DNA of 64,000 bases, taken from contig SVTO01000004.1 in NCBI GenBank assembly GCA_015063745.1, forward strand, positions 6,622 through 70,621, given 5' to 3'. Origin of the DNA: Oscillospiraceae bacterium. Lineage in GTDB: Bacteria; Bacillota; Clostridia; Oscillospirales; CAG-272. The position numbers were made by a program, and so were the translations under genes. Below the pieces are notes generated by a model that was not told the origin of the DNA, made no database searches, and was given only the letters and a program-made list of their open reading frames with translations. Positions 50,872-59,699 of the stretch are shown here, in pieces (position 1 is the first letter of the stretch; every line of letters begins with the position of its first letter).

Positions 50872-52546
50872 AAACGGGAATATTTTCTGTAGTTACTTCA
50901 AACCAGCCGGATGCTACCGGTTCCTTGGTCCAGTAATCCCGCCAGGTTCCTTCCGGCAGATATACCTTTCTGGTATCGCTCTTGGCTGTCAGAGGAGCTA
51001 CGATCAGCTTGTCGCAGAAAATGTACTGGTCGTCGATGGTGTAGGTCTCCTTGTCGGAGGTGTAATCGGAAACCAGCGCTCTGACCGGAGGTCTGCCCGT
51101 GGTGTGGTATTTGTCAAAGGCTTCCTTCAGCATGGGAACGAGGGACTTGCGCACGTTGAGCAGTTCCTTCACTTCCTCTTCGCAGTCGAACTTCTTCCAG
51201 GGCATTTCCGGGCAGTACCATGCGTTGATGAGGCACTGTACGGAGAATACGGTGGTCTGCAGTCTTCTCAGCAGATCCTTTTTGGAGTCGCCGTGTCTGA
51301 GTTCGGGCGTCCACAGCAGACCTGTAAAGCCACTGTTCAGCATGGCACGGATGAAGTCCTTGTGGTCATATTCGTCACTGTACAGAACGAAGGGATAGCC
51401 TGCGCTCAGCGCACCGGCGTTTCTTACCTGGGACAGGGTCGTTTTACCGTCAAGAGCCTTCATGATCGTCTGCATATACAGAACGCCGAAGAGCTGGTGA
51501 TACTGTTCACCGTCCAGACCGCTGGGGAATTCGGCGCAGTAGGGGAAGTTCCAGCCGGCATCGTCACATTCGTCCAGCTTGAAACCGTCGATGCCCATAT
51601 CTACCAGGTATTTCTTGTGATAATCCGCAAAAATCTTCTGTGCTTCTTCCATAGCGAAGTCGGGGACAAGACCTTTTAAGATGTCGTAATCACAGCTCAG
51701 ATCGTGAAGATCCTTGTAGATGGGAGCGGTGGCGTTGACATAAGCGTGTTCCCACAGATTGATGTGGAAGCCGTTGTCAAGGAGGTATTTCACCATTTCT
51801 TTGTAATTGCCGTAGCGTTCGGGATCCCATACATAGGAGCAGGAATAGCTGTTGGACTGCCAGCCGGGTTCCAGACCGAGAATATCGCAGGGAATGTCGT
51901 GTTCACGGAAATACTTGGCCAGTTCCATAACTTCCTTGTCCGTATTCTTGGCAAAAGCACGGTACAGAATACCCAGTGACCATTCGGGAACCTCGCATCC
52001 GCCGCCGGAGAGCATATTGTACTGGGAAACGATGTCTACAATATTTTCGCCTTCGAAGATGTATACGTCAATACCCTTTGCTGCGGGAATTTCAACGGTC
52101 ATATAAGTGGTTTCATGCAGGTCTGTCTTCCGGAAGAAATCCTCGTTGCTGAGAACGATGGTGTTGTCCGGTGCCGGTTCTCTGTCCTTGTTCCGACCGA
52201 AGCCGCAGGTGGCACAGAGATTTCTGGCAGTATCGAAATACATACCGTAGCCCTTGGTGCTGACGAAGAAGGGAACGGGGGCATGGGAATAGCCGGGTTC
52301 TCTGCCGGAAGCACTGGGGGTCAGCTGCAGCTTCTGATTCTTCTGATTGAACTTCTTCAAATGCAGACCGAAGCCATAGAGCTGTTCTTCCTCCAGGAGA
52401 GGGAATTCCAGCACACAGCCTCTTGCTGTGGTCTTGAAGGAAATGGAGGAAACATCGAACTTTACATCAGTTTCCGCATAATTGAACCCCTTACAGAAAG
52501 TACTGGGGACAAGCTCTTCCGGTGTACCAAAGGTAATTTTTTTCAT
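50858..52546 (-). CDS. Glycoside hydrolase family 31 (YicI-like alpha-glycosidase), compact 562-aa form
   Basis: N-domain pattern EEQLYGFGLHLKKFNQKNQKL...APVPFFVSTKGYGMYFD. Nucleophile block MGIDGFKLDECD. No signal peptide. Confidence 0.7.
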   Translation of the reverse strand: MKKITFGTPEELVPSTFCKGFNYAETDVKFDVSSISFKTTARGCVLEFPLLEEEQLYGFGLHLKKFNQKNQKLQLTPSASGREPGYSHAPVPFFVSTKGYGMYFDTARNLCATCGFGRNKDREPAPDNTIVLSNEDFFRKTDLHETTYMTVEIPAAKGIDVYIFEGENIVDIVSQYNMLSGGGCEVPEWSLGILYRAFAKNTDKEVMELAKYFREHDIPCDILGLEPGWQSNSYSCSYVWDPERYGNYKEMVKYLLDNGFHINLWEHAYVNATAPIYKDLHDLSCDYDILKGLVPDFAMEEAQKIFADYHKKYLVDMGIDGFKLDECDDAGWNFPYCAEFPSGLDGEQYHQLFGVLYMQTIMKALDGKTTLSQVRNAGALSAGYPFVLYSDEYDHKDFIRAMLNSGFTGLLWTPELRHGDSKKDLLRRLQTTVFSVQCLINAWYCPEMPWKKFDCEEEVKELLNVRKSLVPMLKEAFDKYHTTGRPPVRALVSDYTSDKETYTIDDQYIFCDKLIVAPLTAKSDTRKVYLPEGTWRDYWTKEPVASGWFEVTTENIPVYEKC

Positions 52547-52564
52547 TTTGTATCTCCTATTGGA

Positions 52565-53632
52565 TCAGGAATTTTTGGTCAGCCATTCTTCGATTTCTTC
52601 AAATTCAGTGGCATTTTTAACGCTAGGGATATAGATAGTAAGATTGGGCTTGAGGACTTTGGCAGCTTCTTTGATAACGTCAAAACTTCCGCCGAACACA
52701 ACGCCTTTTCCTTTTTCCTGCACTCTCTGGAAAACATCCAAAAACTCGTACAGATGGCTTCCCGGGGAAGGAGTGTAGTCTACGGTGTGGAGATTTTTAA
52801 TAGACATCAGGCTGTCGAGGTGCTTCAGTGCATTCGGACCGTCCCAGTGCCATACACAGCGTTCTCCCACGATTTCGCTTTCGGTAATCAGAGCTGGCAG
52901 TGCAAATTCGTCAAACATTTCTTCACCGATCAGTGCACAGAAGTCGCAGGCCAGCAAAGTGGCGGGTTTGTCGGAATAGAGGGCATACTGATAGCCGTAT
53001 TCTTCTGCATGGGAGTGTTCCACAAAAGCATTCCACATTTTTTCAAAAACGGTGCAGGCATCCTTCAGACCTTTTTTTACGGTGTCGGGACAGTCGTATA
53101 AATCCATACAAAGGTTGGCGTCGCCTCTGACAGACAGCAGAAGGTCCATGTTGGAGTGGAAGTCATAAGACATGGGAATTACACGGCCCTGCCAAATTTC
53201 AGCAGCTTTTTCGTACAGTTCGTGGGAACGCTTCCAGAAAAAGTTGTTGTCATCAATCTGCAGGGGAAGCAGATCTTCCAGTTCCTTACCGGTGTGGTTG
53301 CACCAGTTGGTCTGCTTGTCGGGAGACCAGGTAATATCGTAACCGCAGTACTGAGCAATTTCGTGGGTACCTAAGCTCATCCAGTACTGGGGAATGGCTT
53401 CGCCGAGATATTCATACTGCATTGCGTTGTGCAGTTCGTTGCGGAAGATTTCTTCCGCATCGCCGAAACATCTTTCCCAATAATGAGAACCGGGGCGGAG
53501 CTCTGCATCCGGTTTCTTGATTTTTGCAATCATAATGGGACGGTCAATCATATCCTTGTTCCAGAAGGCTTCGGACCTCTTCATGGCCATATCCGCATTC
53601 GGTTTCAGTTCAATCATTCGTGTGTTTTTCAT
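52565..53632 (-). CDS. 355-aa cytoplasmic protein of unknown family (weak URO-D-like TIM-barrel resemblance)
   Basis: Operon context. N-terminal RSEAFWNKDMIDRPIM and late CVWHWDGPN loosely recall URO-D/MtaA-like proteins. Not assignable by eye. Confidence 0.7.
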   Translation of the reverse strand: MKNTRMIELKPNADMAMKRSEAFWNKDMIDRPIMIAKIKKPDAELRPGSHYWERCFGDAEEIFRNELHNAMQYEYLGEAIPQYWMSLGTHEIAQYCGYDITWSPDKQTNWCNHTGKELEDLLPLQIDDNNFFWKRSHELYEKAAEIWQGRVIPMSYDFHSNMDLLLSVRGDANLCMDLYDCPDTVKKGLKDACTVFEKMWNAFVEHSHAEEYGYQYALYSDKPATLLACDFCALIGEEMFDEFALPALITESEIVGERCVWHWDGPNALKHLDSLMSIKNLHTVDYTPSPGSHLYEFLDVFQRVQEKGKGVVFGGSFDVIKEAAKVLKPNLTIYIPSVKNATEFEEIEEWLTKNS

Positions 53633-53662
53633 TTATTGTCTCCTTTGTCCAATTAAATAGCA

Positions 53663-54526
53663 TTATATATTTTCAAACATATCCGCAAGCTGTCTTGCAG
53701 CAGCATTTTGTTTCTTCATAATGTCGAGGGTATCTGCCGCGTCCCGGTTTTCGAAGGGACGGAATGCTTCCAGAGAAAAGTACCCCTTATATCCGTTATT
53801 CTTCAGCGCCCGTATAATGGGTTCGAAGGGAATGTTCATGGTAAAGGGAATTTCGTGGTTGTCCTGGCGCAGATCCGTGTCCTGCAGATGGAGTGCCTGT
53901 ACTCTGCCGCCCATGGTATTGACGATATCTGCGGCGGAGGTCTGCAGATCCCCAATCTGTGCGTGACCCGTGTCCAGACAGACGATGAAGCTCTCATCAT
54001 CCAGAATGTCCATGATCTTCTTCATGCCGGCCGGCTCGGAGAACAGGGAATTGCCGAAACGGTTGTTGTCAAAATCCCACATCCATACGTTTTCCAGCGC
54101 GATTTTTACCCCGTATTCCTTCGCAAAGGGCAGAAGCTTCTGGTACATCTCAATATTCTGCTCCACGGACAGGGAATCGACGGGATGGGTGACACAGATC
54201 TCAGCTCCTGCCTCCGCGGTGATTTCGAGGGTTCTCTTCATACAATCGGTGAAACAGGCACACTTCCAGCGGGTAGGAGCGTGGGTCTGGTGACAGGTGA
54301 TGCCGTTGTCTTCGCCGATTTTCCGCAGCTTCCGGGCGATTTGCAGGTATTCATTTCCGTTCATGGGCAGACTTCCGGCGATCTCTTTCCGCACACCGCA
54401 GTAAGTGCTGCAGATATGATCCAGCGGATAGTCCCATGCATCAAATCCCACAGCTGCACAGTATTCCACAGCCTTTTCAGCCCCCACCAGAATGGACGGG
54501 CCGGTGATTTCGTTCGATATTTTCAT
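53663..54526 (-). CDS. Xylose-isomerase-like TIM-barrel protein (sugar phosphate isomerase/epimerase family)
   Basis: ATG 54526 preferred (AAGGA upstream; the ORF extends to 54577). Pattern VTHP...KIALENV...CLDTGHA...HLQD...YFSLE. Confidence 0.75.
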   Translation of the reverse strand: MKISNEITGPSILVGAEKAVEYCAAVGFDAWDYPLDHICSTYCGVRKEIAGSLPMNGNEYLQIARKLRKIGEDNGITCHQTHAPTRWKCACFTDCMKRTLEITAEAGAEICVTHPVDSLSVEQNIEMYQKLLPFAKEYGVKIALENVWMWDFDNNRFGNSLFSEPAGMKKIMDILDDESFIVCLDTGHAQIGDLQTSAADIVNTMGGRVQALHLQDTDLRQDNHEIPFTMNIPFEPIIRALKNNGYKGYFSLEAFRPFENRDAADTLDIMKKQNAAARQLADMFENI

Positions 54527-54560
54527 TGTTGTTTTTCCTTCCAAACAAATTTTCACTTTA

Positions 54561-55268
54561 TCAGCAGTCGATATCATGGGCTTCTTTGTCCTGCAGATAT
54601 ACTTCCGCTTCCGACAGCATTTCCGACAGCGCGGGAGAAGAGAGAAACGCGGCAGAACGCAGGCTGATTTTTCCGTCCTTGATCACGGCATAATGGGCCG
54701 AGATATCCGGGTCGTCCGCCTGCCGGAAGGAAGTGCTGCCGGGGTTCATCCAGACTCTGTCCCCGGGCAAAGTGAAGACGGTCTGCCGGTGGGTGTGTCC
54801 CAGAATCAGCCGAAAGGGCATATCCGCGGGGACATCCTTCACAAAAGCATCAAACCCGGCTGCATAACGGGGACAAACATAGGTGAGGGGATAATTGAAT
54901 TTGTGCGTGAGCCTGTAGCGGTACCCGTCCGCCGTGAAATCCAGTACCTGTGGCAGAATGTCAAGATAGGCAATATCATCTTCCGTCAGCTGTGCGCAGG
55001 TTTCTCTGATCCAGCGGAATTCCGCTTCCCCAACACGGGCCAGCACACCCTCGGGATCCCGGAAGGCTTCGACCACATCCGCATCGTGATTCCCCTTTAC
55101 GGAGAGTACATGATGTTCTCTGCACCATTCGATGACGCCGTGAGGATCGTCTCCGTAATCCACCAGATCACCGCCGCAGTAGATCCGGTCCGCGTCACCC
55201 TCCGCCTGCCATACAGCTTCCAGCGCCGGCAGATTGGCGTGCAGATCCGATAATATCAGTAATTTCAT
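54561..55268 (-). CDS. Calcineurin-like metallophosphoesterase (YfcE/MJ0936-like), tandem copy 2
   Basis: GGAGG 9 nt before ATG 55268. MKLLILSDLHAN, GDLVDYG, GNHD, GHTH. Confidence 0.85.
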   Translation of the reverse strand: MKLLILSDLHANLPALEAVWQAEGDADRIYCGGDLVDYGDDPHGVIEWCREHHVLSVKGNHDADVVEAFRDPEGVLARVGEAEFRWIRETCAQLTEDDIAYLDILPQVLDFTADGYRYRLTHKFNYPLTYVCPRYAAGFDAFVKDVPADMPFRLILGHTHRQTVFTLPGDRVWMNPGSTSFRQADDPDISAHYAVIKDGKISLRSAAFLSSPALSEMLSEAEVYLQDKEAHDIDC

Positions 55269-55285
55269 ATCCGAATTCCTCCCCT

Positions 55286-56008
55286 TCAGTCCCCGGTGGC
55301 AAACATGGCGGATGTGATTTCCCATGCTTTCATGGCGTTTTTCTCCGCAAAAGAAAGCACTTCCGCCCGCAGGGGAGAACGGTCGTACACGACGGAACGC
55401 AGGGAGATCTCCCCGTCCTCGACCACGGCATACTGGGCGGATTTGTCATAATCATCCGGCTGGCGGTAGTAGGTGCTGCCGGGATTGATCCACACTCTGT
55501 CCCCCGCCATGGTATACACGGACTGACGGTGGGTGTGTCCCAGAATCAGCCGCACCGGATACTCTGCGGGACCGGCAGTACCGGCGGCAAAGGCATCAAA
55601 TTCGGTCGTGCTTCTGGGCGGCTGCCAGTGTGCCTGGGACTGATGTGCCATGCGGTAACGGTATCCGTCGGCGGAGAAATCCAGTGTTTCCGGCAGCGCG
55701 GTCAGATACTCGATGTCTTCGTCGGTCATACGCAGGCAGTTTTCGTATTTCCAGAGATATTCCGAGGGGGGAATGTGGGAAAAGTCCCGTCCCATCTCCC
55801 GGAAGGTGTCCAAAAGCTCTCTGTCATGGTTGCCGTAAACCGCCCTGACCTTGTGTGCACGCATCCATGCGATCACTTCGTGGGGGAAGGGACCGTAGTC
55901 CACCAGATCCCCGGCACAGTAAATGGCATCGGCATCCGATTCCTTTTCAAAGATCGCTTCCGGCGCCAGATGATTGGCATGGATGTCGGAAAGAATCAAC
56001 AATTTCAT
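55286..56008 (-). CDS. Calcineurin-like metallophosphoesterase (YfcE/MJ0936-like), tandem copy 1
   Basis: MKLLILSDIHAN, GDLVDYG, GNHD, GHTH. Alignable end to end with the 54561-55268 product. Confidence 0.85.
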   Translation of the reverse strand: MKLLILSDIHANHLAPEAIFEKESDADAIYCAGDLVDYGPFPHEVIAWMRAHKVRAVYGNHDRELLDTFREMGRDFSHIPPSEYLWKYENCLRMTDEDIEYLTALPETLDFSADGYRYRMAHQSQAHWQPPRSTTEFDAFAAGTAGPAEYPVRLILGHTHRQSVYTMAGDRVWINPGSTYYRQPDDYDKSAQYAVVEDGEISLRSVVYDRSPLRAEVLSFAEKNAMKAWEITSAMFATGD

Positions 56009-56165
56009 GAAATATTCACCTCAAAAACATTGCAGTACATCGGCACCGCTTCGACACAAATCGGAATCAGATCCAGAGGAGATTCTATCACGATCCATCT
56101 GCCGCAACGCCGGTACGGTGCTTTATCGTCAATACGGAACATAACAGTTTCCCTTTGTGTACGGA

Positions 56166-57023
56166 TCAGTTTTCCGCAATGGTCTTCTTTAAGAAATCGT
56201 AGGCGATTTTTATATCCTTTTCGGGCGTTTCACCCACTTCCCGTTCGATGGTCAGAAAACCGGTGTATCCGATTTCTTCCAGCGCCTTCAGGTAAGCCGC
56301 AAAATCCACACTGCCCGTGCCCAGCGGTACTTCTTCGTAAATCTTCATATCGCGGATTTCTTCCGGGATCGGATGGAGCACACCGTATACATATTCTGGA
56401 TTCACATCCAAGAGCTTGTTGCCGTCCTTGGCGTGGGTGTGTACGATGTAATCCTTCAGCGTGTGAACCGCCTTGACCGGATCGTCTCCGGTGATCATGC
56501 GTAGATTTGCCGGGTCCAGATTGACCGCAACACCGGTGGAACCCAGATCGTCTAAGAAGGCCTTCAGCACATCGGAGGTCTCGGGACCGGTTTCGATGGC
56601 GAAATGGGCATCCAGACTGTCCGCATATCTGGCCAGTTCAAAGCAGGCAGCCTGCATGATCTTGTATCTTTCCGCATTTTTGTCGGCGGGAATGACACCG
56701 ATGTGGGTGGTAACGATGTTGGTACCCAGATCCATGGCCAGATCAATGACCCGCTTGGATTTTTCGATCAGCTCGGGATTTTTATCTTCATGCCAGAAGC
56801 CGACACCGAAGTCACCGCACAGCGCGGAGAACACAAGGCCGCTTCCGTTTACTTCTTTTTTCAGTTCCACACGTGCTGCGGCACTCAGGTTTTCCGGTGC
56901 ATTTTCACCGTAGGTAGCACACATCTGGATACCGTTTGCACCGAGCGCGGCGGCTTTGCGGATGGCTTCACTTCTGCTGCAGCGGAAACATTCGGGAATC
57001 ACACCGATCGGGAAATTATACAT
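56166..57023 (-). CDS. Xylose-isomerase-like TIM-barrel protein (sugar phosphate isomerase/epimerase family)
   Basis: Pattern VTTHIG...HFAIETG...NLDPANL...HAKD...FLTIERE. Confidence 0.75.
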   Translation of the reverse strand: MYNFPIGVIPECFRCSRSEAIRKAAALGANGIQMCATYGENAPENLSAAARVELKKEVNGSGLVFSALCGDFGVGFWHEDKNPELIEKSKRVIDLAMDLGTNIVTTHIGVIPADKNAERYKIMQAACFELARYADSLDAHFAIETGPETSDVLKAFLDDLGSTGVAVNLDPANLRMITGDDPVKAVHTLKDYIVHTHAKDGNKLLDVNPEYVYGVLHPIPEEIRDMKIYEEVPLGTGSVDFAAYLKALEEIGYTGFLTIEREVGETPEKDIKIAYDFLKKTIAEN

Positions 57024-57079
57024 AATACTTTACCTCATTTTCATAATGCAATGATTCAGGGGGAAAAAACGGATTTCGA

Positions 57080-59644
57080 TCAGAACGTAATTCTGATCCA
57101 GTAATAGGTCTGCCACAGAGCCAGATCCACATCCAGTACATTGTCCTTTGCGGACAGAGGGATTTCCTTGTCCCCGTCCACCAGAACAGCGCTGCGGATT
57201 TCACGACCGAAGGATGCGGTAAAGCGGCAGGCATCATCGGCCTTGCAGTATACCGTTTTGTCGTCGGCAATGTCGAAGAATACATCACAGTCATCCGAAT
57301 CCGTTGACAGCGTGAAATCCTTTTCGGCGATGTGTCCTCTGGCAATTCCTCTGACTGCCTGTCCGGCCTTTTCATATACCATGTAGTATTCGCCGGCGTT
57401 CACTTCTTCCGGCACACCGAAGGTTACGGCACCGTCAGAGGTCAGAATCCGGTTATCATCGGCATAACGGTCGATTTCGATGTCGGCAAAGAGGCGGATA
57501 AAGTCCCGGTAAAAACGACCCGCAGGCTTCAGGGAACCGTCGTTGTGGACACAGCAGCCCAGCATATCGTCCCAGGTTTCTCCGTAGTAAGTACCTTCCG
57601 CCTGCCAGGTAGCCAGCTGTTCCGTCCACTGCCAGGGCATGAACCCTGCCATACCGATACGGAATGTGTTGATCAGGGCCGTGCGCATATCGGCCATCTG
57701 GGCCAGATTGCCGTCGGGCGTGAAGGGACGGTTCATCCATGCTTCGTGGTATACCTGCGGACCGTCAAAGCCTTCTCTTCTGATGATGGCCGATTTCTGC
57801 CAGAAGGTGTGTATGGTGAGGTAGTCCACAATATCGTGGGGCGCATCCACATCGTCGTCCAGGAAGTTTTCATAACCGCCGGCGGTGACGGGATGGATTT
57901 CGCCCAGCTCGTGAATATAATCCCGGATGGTCTTGGACCAGATGGACACCGGCTCGGCGAAACGGTGGTAGGCATCCCCGGGCAGACCCGTGTGGTGGGA
58001 TTCGTTGTAAACGTCCCAGGAAAGGCCGGGAATACCCTTGTAGCGGTTGATGATCACATCAAGGAAGGCCTTCTGGTTGGCGATTTTGTCATCCAGACAG
58101 ATATAGTCGTGCACACCACCCCAGCCTCTGGGATCTCCCATTTCCTCGGGAACCAGAGTGAACAAATCGTAACTGTGGATCATGCGGTACTTCTGACACA
58201 GATATACATTGGCATCAAAAATACGGAAATGCTTTTCGTCCATGATCCAGGAATCGCCGAGGGAACGGTACCGTTCGGGCACCTCTCCGTAGGCTTGCAT
58301 ATAGAAATCGTAAAACCACTTGGGATGGTGGAAATGTACTCTGACACATTCGATACCGAAATCCGCCATGGCCTTAAAGTCCGTATTCAGCGTGGCAATG
58401 TTGGGATATACCCACATGGCACCGCCGGAGTTGGAATCATAGTAGTTTGCCCCGAGCAGAGCACTCCTTCTGCCGTTCTTGCGGAAATACATACCGTCGC
58501 AGAAAAGCTCGCTGCCGCCCATGACCACATCTTCCTTCCAGACCACAAAAGCGTTGTCCGCCTTGCTGATCAGGGTGTCCCCCTCGTACAGGAACACGCG
58601 GATGTCGTAATAATCCTTGTCGAATACGGCATTTTCCCAGATGAAATGACCGGCGGTCTCTTCACCGGGGAGGATCACATGATGGATTTTGTTTTCCGCC
58701 ACAACCGTATCCCCGTCACAGATCTGTACCTTGGCATAAACAGCCTTTTCGGCAGGGGCGTAGGACTTGATTCTGTATTCCACCACCGGATTTTCTCCGT
58801 CCCTGTAGCAGGCATAGGAGGATTCGCAGAGGGTGAGCATGACTTTGTTCAGACAGAACTTCACCGCGCTGAGAAGCATATTTTCAAAATACGGATTGTT
58901 CTTGTCAAGGAAGGAACCTTCGGCATTGGAGGGGAAGAGGCATACTCTCGCACCGGTTTCGCCGTTCTGGGCAAAGTCAACTGCCGTGGTGAGCCGTCTG
59001 CCGAGGGCATCGTAACCGACCGCCACTTCAAAATTCCGCAGAACCTCGTACCGTTCCACATAACAGGTACCCGCATAAGGCTGGGGCGTGCGGACACAGC
59101 TGGTGGTGTTCATCTTGGCGGAATCCGCATACAGGGCCAGAGGGGCAAAACCGTCCAAACCGTCCAGGAAATCACCGTCGAATTTCACCTGAGAGGGCGC
59201 GGTATCCGATACATAGGGCTTGATACCGATTTTGGCGATGGACTGCTGGTATTTTTTCAGAGTTTCTTCCTTGGCATAGAAATCACCCTCACCGAAATAG
59301 CTCTTCTGTTTATCCTTGGTGTCCAGGTCCTGCATCAGCATATTGCTGCCGCCGAAGATCAGCGCGCCGCCTCTGCGGATGAATTCTCTGATACGGACAC
59401 AGTCCTGGGCGATCAGCAGTTCACTTTCCACGACCATGAGGATGTCGACATTGTCCCGGAACATGGCCTCGTAGGAGTACAGGAAAAAGGTGTTGACGGT
59501 CTCGATATAGTATTTATCACCGAGCAGAGCGATGATGTTGTCGTACAGGACATCGTTGACGGATTTTACAGGACGGAACAGGGCAATACGCGGTTTGTCG
59601 GTCACAGCCTGAAATCGTCTCAGAGCTTCGGAAAACGCTTTCAT
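57080..59644 (-). CDS. 854-aa multidomain protein with clan GH-A-like TIM barrel; family not assignable
   Basis: N-terminal flavodoxin/GATase1-like segment (VDILMVVESE...FIRRGGALIFGG), a middle beta-rich region and a C-terminal barrel with LLGANYYDS, WDVYNESHH (Asn-Glu acid/base-like) and VYHEAWM. No signal peptide. Confidence 0.55.
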   Translation of the reverse strand: MKAFSEALRRFQAVTDKPRIALFRPVKSVNDVLYDNIIALLGDKYYIETVNTFFLYSYEAMFRDNVDILMVVESELLIAQDCVRIREFIRRGGALIFGGSNMLMQDLDTKDKQKSYFGEGDFYAKEETLKKYQQSIAKIGIKPYVSDTAPSQVKFDGDFLDGLDGFAPLALYADSAKMNTTSCVRTPQPYAGTCYVERYEVLRNFEVAVGYDALGRRLTTAVDFAQNGETGARVCLFPSNAEGSFLDKNNPYFENMLLSAVKFCLNKVMLTLCESSYACYRDGENPVVEYRIKSYAPAEKAVYAKVQICDGDTVVAENKIHHVILPGEETAGHFIWENAVFDKDYYDIRVFLYEGDTLISKADNAFVVWKEDVVMGGSELFCDGMYFRKNGRRSALLGANYYDSNSGGAMWVYPNIATLNTDFKAMADFGIECVRVHFHHPKWFYDFYMQAYGEVPERYRSLGDSWIMDEKHFRIFDANVYLCQKYRMIHSYDLFTLVPEEMGDPRGWGGVHDYICLDDKIANQKAFLDVIINRYKGIPGLSWDVYNESHHTGLPGDAYHRFAEPVSIWSKTIRDYIHELGEIHPVTAGGYENFLDDDVDAPHDIVDYLTIHTFWQKSAIIRREGFDGPQVYHEAWMNRPFTPDGNLAQMADMRTALINTFRIGMAGFMPWQWTEQLATWQAEGTYYGETWDDMLGCCVHNDGSLKPAGRFYRDFIRLFADIEIDRYADDNRILTSDGAVTFGVPEEVNAGEYYMVYEKAGQAVRGIARGHIAEKDFTLSTDSDDCDVFFDIADDKTVYCKADDACRFTASFGREIRSAVLVDGDKEIPLSAKDNVLDVDLALWQTYYWIRITF

Positions 59645-59699
59645 ATATATTTACCTCGTTAAATCAGTTTTTTATCAATGGTTCAAACCGGCAAGTACA

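Noticed and set aside
57332-59662. 776-aa plus-strand ORF antisense to the 854-aa gene
   Set aside because: The same in-register shadow-frame effect applies (both 2 mod 3). The composition is low in information, and there is no RBS or promoter. The minus-strand product has enzyme-like motifs and operon context.
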